A stretch of DNA of 64,000 bases, taken from contig KZ538480.1 of assembly GCA_000934665.2 (NCBI GenBank), positions 1 to 64,000 of the forward strand, in the 5' to 3' direction. The notes below the pieces were generated by a model. That model worked only from the letters and a program-made list of their open reading frames with translations, made no database searches and was not told the origin of the DNA. The number at the start of each line of letters is the position of its first letter. The first letter of the stretch is position 1. The stretch comes from Catajapyx aquilonaris (taxonomy: Eukaryota). Below, piece after piece: positions 52,734-64,000 of this stretch. The position numbers were made by a program, and so were the translations under genes.

Positions 52734-52908
52734 GGATGGCCAAGCGCCGAAGGCGCGCGAAGAGGGCGCCCTCTTCGTCCTCTTCGTCCTCTTCGCCCTC
52801 TTCGCCCTCTTCGCCCTCTTCGTCCTCTTCGTCCTCTTCGCCCTCTTCGCCCTCTTCGCCCTCTTCGTCCTCTTCGTCCTCTTCGTGCGCCTTCGGCGCT
52901 TGGCATCC
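52734..52908. repeat. GC-rich palindrome with 13 x 9-bp (YCCTCTTCG) expansion in the right arm
   Basis: Arms ggatggccaagcgccgaaggcgcgcgaagagg and cctcttcgtgcgccttcggcgcttggcatcc; tandem 52769-52885. Confidence 0.92.
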
Positions 52909-53924
52909 CCGCCCGAGACGCGATCAGGCGGCGACAATTCTGAAAAAAAAAATCGGTTCCGGTTTTCGGATATGGGCTTTATATAACTATGCTCTAATAA
53001 TAACTTTGGGTACCAATTGGGTATGAAAAGTAGGCAGCCAGTTGCATCAAATATATGCCCTAAGTGTCACAGTGTGAGCGCAAATGTGTGTAATGATCGT
53101 ATCAAGTATTGAGAAGTGCATAGTAATTTGCGTTATTAAGTCACATATCAGCGAGAGCGAGGTTTGCCATAACTCTGGATGGTATATGAGAAGTGTTAAT
53201 TAGTATTAATGCAACGCGGAATTTCTGACGGCAATGACACTTGAGTTTTTTTTTTCAAGTACGGTCTGGGTTAATTGAACCAACAATGTCGAGAGCATTT
53301 AACGTCCTGTTTATAGTTGTGTTTCGACTGATGGTACACCAGATTGGGTAGTGATGAATGTCCAGGTAAGGATGAGGACAACCAGCAATATTATTCAGTT
53401 GTCCTTGTCTGGTTACTGGCCTATCAGTCCGTGCGACCAGTGAGGGTTTGGGGACTGTCCGAATTAGAATTGCCGCTGGGAAGTCAAATGGGGCGTGTGC
53501 AACATTCACGGACATATCAACGCCATCTGGCCAGCAAATTATTATCAAACGCTCGCTATCCACAACCGTATTGTATGCTTAAGCCAAATCGAAATTGCAA
53601 TTTAATAAAATTTAATTCCATGTTAATTTTTGTTAAAAATTAGTATGTCGCCTAAATTATTTAAATAAAAGTTCAAAAATAAACGTGAAAATAAAATTGT
53701 TTTGCAAATAACACAAAATAGCTATTTTAATTAAATATCAAATAAAAATTGACATTGAAATCAATATAACAAATGAATAAGTAGATTTGATTAAGGCTGA
53801 CTAAATTTAAATTATTGAATTATTAATAATATTCAAACTGTGGGAATTAGTACATCATTGACGTTATTTAAACCACTGAAATTATCAATTATCAATTAAA
53901 TTAACAGCATTGAAAATTTAATTT

Positions 53925-54110
53925 TCAATTTAATTCAAAATATTTCAATTATTACTTTAATTCAAAATATTTCAATTATTACTTTAATTCAAAATATTTC
54001 AATTATTACTTTAATTCAAAATATTTCAATTATTACTTTAATTCAAAATATTTCAATTATTACTTTAATTCAAAATATTTCAAGTGTCAATTTAATTCAA
54101 AATATTTCAG
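53925..54110. repeat. 27-bp minisatellite in an AT island (~53600-54450)
   Basis: ttaattcaaaatatttcaattattact tandem units. Confidence 0.92.
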
Positions 54111-56319
54111 TAATTAGTAATTATCAATTTAATTCATAGTATTGAAATTATTAATTCATTAATTTATTTAAATGTTGAAATTATTAATTTCTTAATTTAT
54201 TTAAACCATTTAAATTATTAATTCAAATGAAATATTTAAATTAATAATTTATTAGTCGTTACTTTAATTGTTATTTGATTATACTGTATAGCAATGTTTA
54301 CCGTTTTATTGTAGTTTGTTATTAGGGAAACATTAACGATTAAATTAGTTGCGTATGTGCAATTTAAAATCATTAATAAATTAAATCCATTAATTCGACT
54401 GCATAAATATTATTATTGATAAATTGCTTATTATTATATTGACATATTATTACCCTGCACATTATTAATTGCTATATCATTGTGTCTATCGCAGGTTTCA
54501 GCCAGATTATGGCAGCCACATTGACCTTCACACGTCTTCAATAGTAAGTATAATATATTGTTGGCATTGTTGATACTCATTGTGACGTCAGCCTATCACT
54601 TTCTGGGGTTGAATAGATAACACAGAGCATGATTTTATTTGGCAAAGAACAATGCAATGTTATCACATCAGGCCAAGAAGTACCTCTTCTTGCATACGCC
54701 CCTACCATTTTTTTTATGCTGGATTGTTGTAATATATGCTCCATTTTTTATATAGTACGAGAGCCTTGGTGAGCTTTTTTTCCCTCTCCCCAGAGGGAGA
54801 AGCAGTTCTTTTTATCACACGGCCTTTCCCTTGATAAATCTAGGCTTGGGGATAATATCGGCGAGGTTGTAAATGGAAATGCTCAGACACTGTACGGAGA
54901 CTGAACGGCGTCTCATCCAAAGAGGTTACAAATGTTTCTCCATATCTGGGCCACCATTTTCGAGCTAAGAATGTAGCAATGTTGTAGAAAGGAACTCCCC
55001 AAGACAAGACAAGGGCTTTTTGACTAGAACCTAAAGGAATCAGAGTAAATGACTAGAGATGGGGGGGCTTTGAGGCGGAGTAGTCGTTAACGAAATTTAG
55101 AGCCTAATGCGGCGGAAACCATTTTTTAAAACCTTTGGACAGCTCCAGTCATTCTTGTCAGGTCTCCTTGTCTCTTGAGTAATGGTCGTATTGTCGCAGG
55201 AAAGTTTTTAAAAAAATCGCGGGAAGTTCTTATACTGAGAGATACAATTTCAGGGATTGATTTACACTCAAGTCGTAATACTAATATTTTGGGAAAAAAT
55301 ATGCTACTCTCAAAATGTGCAAAACTTCGGATAATGACATGATTATTATAATTATGTTATTATATGATTATTATATCAGTCCTACTCCGCTGTATAATTA
55401 TATGCATTATTATACTGCATAATATATGATGTAATGATGTAATTATATAATTTTATAGATATAAACTAATAATAATTGCAGAATGCTGGTGTGATGATAA
55501 TAATAATAATAATTAATAATCATATAGTACCTATTAAATATTGGTAGTTTTCCTTCAACATGATTTTAAAGGTGTATAATAATACAATACAAATTGAATA
55601 ATGATGTAGATTCTTTACTATTTGATTTGTTCATTTTATTTATTTATGTAAGTCAATTTTATTATTTGACGTACGTGACTGACAATCCCATTTATTATTT
55701 ATGTTAATGTCCTCCCAACTCTGATAATATTTTCTACGCTTCGAATGAACATTTTCATACTTCTCATAAGAAATTGCTGCCAAATTTATTCCAGGTGGCG
55801 CCATAGGAAGTCATGATTTATGCGTCACAATCCACCTGAGTTCCCTAGCTTCGAAATAATAATAAAAAACGAAAAGTCATTAAGTCAGGATAGATCGGTG
55901 GAACCCTCTCGGAGTCACCTAAATGACCTCCCACGGTCCATTTATCGAAATGGAGAAGCGATCGGAGGAGGAGGAAACGAGCTGGCCTAATGACGCGACA
56001 ACCCCTTCTCCCTCCTTCTCTCCCTCCCTCCCCCTCCCCTGCTGGGAAAACAATGCCTCCAATTAACTACCCTCTAAACAAAGTTCCTCGCTCTAACAAA
56101 CCTTATTTCTACAAAAGACTCTGGGCGGTCCAAAGCTCGAAAAAAAAAAGCAGTCGCGAGTGTCCTATAAAATATATTATCATGTATGTATATTTTATTA
56201 TTCAAACCGTGGTAAAATATTATCTGAAGCGTTAATTAAATTACGATTTAATTATTATCAGTGTATTATTAGTTAGTTGTTTGTAGTTTACTTTGTTATT
56301 GCATAATTTATTGGTGATC

Positions 56320-56406
56320 TACTGCTTGCTACTACTACTACTTGCTACTGCTACTGCTATTTGCTACTGCTACTGCTACTTGCTGCTGCTGCTGCTGCTG
56401 CTACTG

Positions 56407-56461
<55 letters not shown>

Positions 56462-56462
56462 A
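56320..56462. repeat. (CTG)n/(CTA)n microsatellite
   Basis: Compound trinucleotide run. Confidence 0.95.
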
Positions 56463-57247
56463 GCTTACGACACTTCCATTGCTGATAACTCCCTCTACAT
56501 TTAAAGAGCGCGCAGTTTAAAAATTTTTCAAATTGAACAATATTCTGCATTTGCCAAATATGACGAAGTCAAAAGTGCTGGGCTTTCAGTGGTGGTGGTA
56601 GAGGGTGGTGGGTGTCCCAAAATTTTCTCTTTTTGTGTCCATCCCCCCCTCTTCAGGGTTCAGCATCGTCGAGACTGGACGGCACTCCGGTGCCATTCAA
56701 CTTGGAACGGAACCAGGGAAAAGTCAACACAGACTTTCCCTCCCTCCCCCTCCCACCACCTCACCCCACTTTTGGAGGGCAGGCAACAAGGCCTCCCCCC
56801 CTTCTGCTTTACCCCCCACCAGAAATGTTGGCCTGCTGGAGAGTTCTCTGGAGATTACACTAGTGCACCACTCGGCCTATGGTTTACGGTGGAAATTTTG
56901 GAGGGAAGAGTGGGAGGTACTCGACAGCACCGTCATCCCCCCCCCCCCCCCCAAAAAAAGAAAGTACTTATTGTTGGACGGTGTGTCATCACCACTGCTC
57001 CCGAAAGGAAGACATATGGGCTCGTTTTCATGTATTTTTTATTTATTCTCAAAATAAGTGGAGTGACAATGGTCTTTGAAGCCTGAGTAGTGGAAGGAAA
57101 CACACGCCATTAGCATACAGAGCCATCAAGCGGTGGCCCGCGACAATAAGGGCAATGGCCAGTAAGAATAGCTGCGATTTACATTAGCATCTAACATGCT
57201 ACTAGCTATTTGTACAAGGAGCGATTGTGTCACCAAAATAAATTGCA

Positions 57248-57915
57248 CTATTTATTTATTTAATTAGTCATTTTATTTATTTATTTATTTAATTAGTCAT
57301 TTTATTTATATTTAGTTAGTCATTTTATTTATTTATTTATTTATTTAATTAGTCATTTTATTTATTTATTTATTTAATTAGTCATTTTATTTATTTATTT
57401 ATTTAGTCATTTTATTTATTTATTTATTTAATTAGTCATTTTATTTATTTAGTAGTTTATTATATTCTATTTATTTATTTATTTAATTAGTCATTTTATT
57501 TATTTAGTAGTTTATTATATTCTATTTATTTAATTAGTCATTTTATTTATTTAGTAGTTTATTATATTCTATTTATTTATTTAATTAGTCATTTTATTTA
57601 TTTAGTAGTTTATTATATTCTATTTATTTATTTAATTAGTCATTTTTTTATTTAGTAGTTTATTATATTCTATTTATTTATTATGCTTATTTATTTATTA
57701 TGCTTATTTATTTATTATGCTTATTTATTTATTATGTTTATTTATTATGGTTAATTATTTATTTATTCTATTGATTTATTGTGGGTAATTATTTATTCTA
57801 TTGATTTATTGTGGGTAATTATTTATTCTATTGATTTATTGTGGGTAATTATTTATTCTATTGATTTATTGTGGTTAATTATTTATTCTATTTATTAATT
57901 AGGGTTAATTCATTA
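57248..57915. repeat. Composite (TTTA)n-based minisatellites
   Basis: Successive unit types: ttaattagtcattttattta; agtagtttattatattcta; ttattatgctta; gtgggtaattatttattctattgatttatt. Confidence 0.92.
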
Positions 57916-59744
57916 TGTATTCTGTTTTGCTTGTTTATTTATTAATTATGTCTTCTTTGTTTGTTTATTATACTTTTTTCATTAATTTTTATTACACATT
58001 ATTTGCTTGTTTTACATATTTTTCATACCTAATATGCACTGGTACGTATACAAGATTGCATCATGTACTTTTATATATTTCATGTAAATGTGTACTATTA
58101 TTTATTTGTTTGTTTGTTTGTTTGAAAAGCTTAGGTGACATCAGTTGCCAAACATAAGTAAGAAAGTGCCTGGTTTACTTACAGTTCTTACTAAATATTC
58201 CATATTAAATTGTTTTAAAATGTTACGTCTAATAATAGCGGCTACGTTCACCCCTATTAAAGTAACTGCTTATTTAGCTATACTCACTGCGAAATATTCC
58301 CAAATCATAACTCCCTTACAAAAGGTCCATCGACTAAACAAAACATGAGTATAAATGTTGTAAAACCGCTAAATAGCAGCTATTTGTGAATAGCAGGTAC
58401 GTTTTTTAAATAGCTACAATGAAAATAACTATGTTTCACAGCACTATCCTGCGTCACCAAATGCGTTTCAAGTAGAGCCTCATTTCCATGCATTGCTGGG
58501 ACATTTCAAAGTGGACAGAATCGGTATGACACTACATCTTACACTGGTATATACGGAGGCAACAGTGTAACACCAGAGGCCATAGACCTTGCCATGGACC
58601 CTTCTATCTCATGTATATCTGAATCCAGCCCGATTTGCTATTCAAGGCACTCTCATGCATTATGTGGCCTTGCAGGTAACGATATACTTAATTATTTGAA
58701 ACCCTCCCCTTGCCTGCTGTAATCCGTATCCAAACACCCAGTGTCGAACCTGGGGCTTTAATATTTAACACCTGTGGCCTAATTAAACCAAAGCAATATA
58801 CTAAAACTTGGTTCATTAGCCGCGTAATTTCTGGAACCTTATCAGTGTACCTTCAGGGAACAAAAATGTGAAGGTAAAAAAAAAAAAAAATGGGGGGGGG
58901 GGGNAGCGAATTACCATGATGCAATTAGGAGTAATGGGGATTCAACTCGACGATTCTCCTCGCGTTTATAGCATGTGAAACGAGAGGCTATAGTCTCCCC
59001 CTCCCATAGTCCTCGCTAGCAATTTAGAATGTTTTCATTCCAACGCTCCCTTGTTTAGCTCCCAGGAACAGGATGAGAGTTATTTGGAAAAAAAAAAATC
59101 AGGTGACAATCACTTGACCAGGGGACCAATTTGGAAGATCGCGAACTTTTTTTGGGACGCAAAGGCCTTTGGTGCATGGTGGGCCCAATTATTTGCGAAT
59201 GTTTGGACGCTTGGAATCTGTATAGTTTCAGCAGGTTTTTTTTGTGATTTTTTTTTGGGCAATGGTGGTGTGGAGGGGTGGTGGCGAATTTCGTTGGCGA
59301 TGCATAGTCGTTAGCACATTCCGGGCTGCAACCAAGTGTGGCCCCGATTGCGACCGTTTGATTAGCACAATGAGGACGTGTAATTGCCTGGGGAGGGTAG
59401 TTCTTCAGTTGGGGAAAGCTCATCGGTTTTTGCTAACAGAGAGAGAGAGAGAGGGGGGGGGGTGTTCGAATGGTGTGTTTGACAGCATGGTGTCGAGTCA
59501 AGGTCACACAATGGCAAAACTGTCCAATAACTCCTTTTCAATAAAGTTCAAATTAATTTATTTCATTCCTTTTTAAGTTTTTCTATTATTTAGATTTTTC
59601 ATATTCCAATTTAAAATATTTAATAATTCGATTTGAATCAGTATTTAAAATAATTAAAGTATTTAACTTCATCTAAATTTTAAATTACAGTATTTTATTT
59701 TTATTGAAATATTCATTTTAATTTATTACAAATATTTTATTTAC

Positions 59745-59945
59745 AGTATTTTATTATGTCTAAATGATTTCATTTCAATTAAGTTATTTTATTATGTCTA
59801 AATGATTTCATTTCAATTAAATTATTTTATTATGTCTAAATGATTTCATTTCGATTAAATTATTTTATGTGTAAATGATTTCATTTCAATTAAATTATTT
59901 TATTATGTCTAAATGATTTCATTTCAATTAAATTATTCTATTTCA
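59745..59945. repeat. ~38-bp AT-rich minisatellite, ~5 copies
   Basis: tattttattatgtctaaatgatttcatttcaattaaat units. Confidence 0.92.
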
Positions 59946-61159
59946 TTTGAATATTAAAATAAGTATATTTGAACATTTAATGTTGCATTAATGTTAATAT
60001 TTCTTGTGATTTTATTTAAATATTAACAATGAATTATTGATTAACAGAAAAATTAATTTATGAGTATTTAAATAAAATTAAAGGAATAATTGAATATTCA
60101 TGTAATTTATATTAGAATGGAGAATTTAATACGATTATATGGAATTAATACGTATTAAATACAGTATTAGCGTATAGGTTACTGTATTTAGAGTACTATA
60201 CAGCTTATTCTATTAGTTATAAAATATTTGCTCTGATTAGCTAATTATGTGGCTAATTCAATTATTGTACTCTAACACAACGAATTTGTGCTCATTGTTT
60301 GAACTCTGTGGCTTGAAGGTATTTGCCCTCCAGCTGAGAATGGAGGTATATGCAACAATGTGTTCCAGCGTTATCGGATCAAAGTGAACATTGTTGACAC
60401 AATGCCCTGCAGCAAGAGCTGTTAGATGTACATTAATTTCAGCTCATTTTCTATTTAAAAACTGTCATATTCGATATTCCACTTCGAGGGTTAATCTTGG
60501 ACCTCCCCCAGCATTCATTTCGCTTTGAGGCATAAAAAAAGGTACATACTCCGTGCACTGTATATTTCAATATCCATAACAGCCCCCACAAATTGTAATT
60601 TTTCAACCCCCCCCCCCCCNCCCCCCAAAAAAAAAAAAAAAAAATTTGCTCCATCATTGGAAACATCCCTCGTTATCAAACCAGCCACCGGCGCTGTAAA
60701 ATTCTAATGCAGTATCGGATGTGGTCATTTGCATAATTTTTTCCCAGTTCATTTGCACTGCAACATCCAGCTCCACCTAATTTGCAGGCTACAATGAAGC
60801 GCACTTTAACGTTGTATCATGCACAACTTGGTTCCTCACATACCGGGGGACACACACACACATACATGAAAAAATATGCGGAAGGGTACATTTAGTATAA
60901 ACATGGTGTTCGGACAACCGCGAGGACAATGACATAATATTGTCGTAACCCGACCATTTTGGGTCCAACTGCGGGAGAAATATTATTGCTATGGGAATTA
61001 GTCGGATCCCATCAGTGAGACGTTAGGAGATGGAAAGATAATAGTGCACAACGGACGTTTGTAATAACAAAGTTCAACAATTATTCACATGTGAACAATA
61101 CGATTCAATTCTGAGTTTTCGTGTCTGTTACACGCTATCAAATTTGTATTTTTTAATGG

Positions 61160-61188
61160 CTGCTGCTACTACTACTGCTACTACTACG

Positions 61189-61245
<57 letters not shown>

Positions 61246-61653
61246 CATCATCATCATTACAATATTATTATAGTTGTTGTTATTGTTGCAATAATATTGT
61301 TGTTGTTGCAATATTGTTGTTGTTGTTATTGCAACATTATTGTCGTTGTTGTTATTGTTGCAATAATATTGTTGTTGTTATTGCAATATTGTTGTTGTTG
61401 TTGGTACAGCAGCAGTAGTCATCACCCACTCGTCATATGACCTGCATTCATTAATGATTATTATAATATATTTAAATGTTTATAAACATATTAGAATAAT
61501 TTTCATTATTTATTTGTTAAAAATTGTGAAATTATTAGTCATACAGGTAACTCATTTATTATTACATTTATTTTGTGATATTATATGTATTTAACTATTT
61601 AAATAATTGTTTAGATAAGCATTATTTAATTGATTATTTAATTTGCCATCTAA

Positions 61654-61733
<80 letters not shown>
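61160..61733. repeat. (CTA)n, (TTG)n and (TTA)n microsatellite cluster
   Basis: Runs at ~61165-61250, ~61270-61405 and ~61655-61733. Confidence 0.95.
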
Positions 61734-62547
61734 GGCCCAGCGGTTCTGTGGTAGTAGTTGTGATCAAAATCAATGGCAACTGAGTTGTGGTATGACTAGC
61801 CCGCAGGTATTCCATAATTATCAGGTGCGTCATGCCATCTAATGCGTGGATTGCCCAACAAGTAATTGTTACATATGTTACTAAATACAGTTCGGGAATC
61901 GATGTCCGTCGGATGATGATGCATCGGCACGTTTCATGCCCTGTTGAAGTGGCACTTTGGTACCGATGGCCACTCAACAATGGCGCCTCCTTTTTCCGTT
62001 TCTCCTTACGCTTTATTTGAGAAAGCTTTTCCTAAAACTCTTCAAAGTTTGTACAGGCCCGCGCACTGTGCACACACTACTAGTGAAATAACCCCTGGGC
62101 GGGACATGTCGAAAGGCAGAGTGTGTAGTACCAGAGCAACCATTTTCAGAAAATGCTGGTCGAGCCCTCGGGGCCACGTTGCTTGTACTACAGAAAAGTA
62201 CTGGCTTTTATTAGCCTACATTTTGACATGAACATGCATCAAGTTTGATATAGAAATGGGTCAACAGGGAGGAATAATACTGTATAAAAATATATTTCAT
62301 GCTCGTGTATTTCAACAACATATCTAGAGGGGATTTTATATTTTGAAAAGAGGATGAGGCTTATGCCACACTGCTTCTGACATGTCAATATTGTCTCTCT
62401 TCCATTACATATACGGTAATCCAGCTTTACTATAAAAATAGAAAGTGTAATAGACTGACTTAAAATTTCATAGATTAATTACATAGGAGTGAATTAAATT
62501 ACAGAAGTAAATACAAACATTAATGTAATACACCGATAAATTAAATA

Positions 62548-62748
62548 CAGGGTGACTCTAAAGGCAGTTGTCGATTGCCTGTTGTGCCAACTCCAAGTTC
62601 CACCGTTGGCACTTGGAGTTGGCACAACTGGCAATCGACAACTCAACTACTCAAACTTTACTGACTGTCAACAATTTTCTAGTTGGCACAACTGGAAACC
62701 AACAGTGCAATCCATTTACCTGTGTATCCTGACTTGAGAGTGACCCTG
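62548..62748. mobile_element. Tc1/mariner-type MITE (201 bp) with internal hairpin
   Basis: TA|CAGGGTGACTCT ... AGAGTGACCCTG|TA; internal inverted repeat gttgtcgattgcc.gttgtgccaactccaagt / acttggagttggcacaac.ggcaatcgacaac. Confidence 0.85.
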
Positions 62749-63704
62749 TACGTTCATTGAATAAACACAAATAAATTAAATACATTCATTGATAAGTAGA
62801 CATAAAATGGAATAAATGAAATAGAGAAAATGCAATAGAGAAAATAGAAGAAATGTATACCCAAATATACAGTATAGGCCTATTTACAGTACCAGTACAT
62901 CGATAAAGTAAAATGCATAATACTGTACAATCGTACGTATATATAAATAAAATATACAAATGAATGAAAAGATAGTCTACACAAATTTAATTAATAAATA
63001 CATGAATAAGCATATAATGAATGAACGAATGAATGAATGAATGATAAATAAACCTGACACAGTGTCTAGTAAATTTTGAACTAAATGACGATTTTTTTTG
63101 ACCAAAAGGTTCTCTCGAAACATGTCTTGCACCTTGCAAGACTCTTCCTCCTGTTGGGAGGAATCTTCTCGATGGTTTGAGTCTGGTGGCGAAGATTACA
63201 CGGGAGCTTTGTTTTCAATGGAGAGGAGGAGGGGAGGCCAGACTCACATTCCCCACGTCGTAAACTCCCAGATAGTTGATGAGCTTGGAGCCTTTACAGC
63301 CATACCCGCCCCCTCTCTTCCAGCACCCGAAAGAAAAGTCACCCTTGCGAATTGGTTAGGCGGTCTAATGGACTACTTGGACCATCCAATGGGCCTAGAA
63401 GAGAAGAGGAGGGTCGTGGTGGGGAAGAGAGAAGAACTATATAAATACGACGCGGAGAAGGGATCAATCTCATCACGCTCATCATAAATCTTGGGGGAGT
63501 GCTGGAGTCTTATCGAGGACGGTCCAGAATGGGAGAATTTTGCGCCTCTACATTTTTACAAGGGTTATGACACGTATTTCCTGGACTCTTTAAAAGGATC
63601 GTCTTACTCTGATAATATCAATACTATACTGCGCCCTATTTACATGCCATCACCGGTATGTAATCTGGCATAACCATCAGAAAGTATGCTTCAAGAATTA
63701 TATT

Positions 63705-63845
63705 TTTAATGATATTATCGATAATGATATATGTTGATGATATTATCGATAAGGATATATTTTGATGATATTATCGATAAGGATATATTTTGATGATATT
63801 ATCGATAAGCTAACAATTAAATATTTAGACGATATTATCGAGAAT
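63705..63845. repeat. ~28-bp ATCGAT-containing minisatellite
   Basis: gatgatattatcgataaggatatatttt units. Confidence 0.85.
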
Positions 63846-64000
63846 TAGATATTCGAGTTTTTGTATCGATAACTGCGTATAAATATTATATTTCACTTCC
63901 GTCAATATATAAAATGTTCAGATATATTTAACCATATTATAGATAATAATTATATATTTTGATGCATGAGTAAATAAATATTTTGACTATATTATCGATA

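Noticed and set aside
52538..53026. 162-aa Ser-rich and protamine-like Arg-rich ORFs
   Set aside because: Products of the 9-bp repeat and palindrome; no recognisable domain.
53414..53435. Resemblance to miR-193 (TACTGGCCTA...)
   Set aside because: Only the first ~10 nt match and no precursor hairpin is evident.
63098..63673. ORFs of 129 and 60 aa with ordinary composition
   Set aside because: No recognisable motif or splice signals; lengths are within chance expectation.

Overview
Eukaryotic, most likely invertebrate-animal, non-coding DNA (large intron or intergenic region). No protein-coding gene, rRNA, intact tRNA or CRISPR array is supported, and every long ORF in the track comes from simple repeats. 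The window alternates ~0.5-0.9 kb islands of AT-rich or tandemly repeated sequence with ~0.7-1.2 kb blocks of unique, more GC-balanced sequence, at a spacing of roughly 1.2-2 kb by eye. Recognisable mobile elements are all short and non-autonomous: four Tc1/mariner-type MITEs, one MITE with an 8-bp TSD, a foldback MITE, two tRNA-derived SINE families, a complete mini-Helitron, a head-to-tail mini-Helitron concatemer and several Helitron 5' stubs. Nearly all of them lie in or at the edge of the repeat islands. Other notable structures are a 133-bp satellite, an array of nuclear-receptor DR1 motifs, an inversion with inverted duplications at its breakpoints, and a palindrome with a one-sided 9-bp expansion. 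There is a 106-nt assembly gap at 26808-26913.
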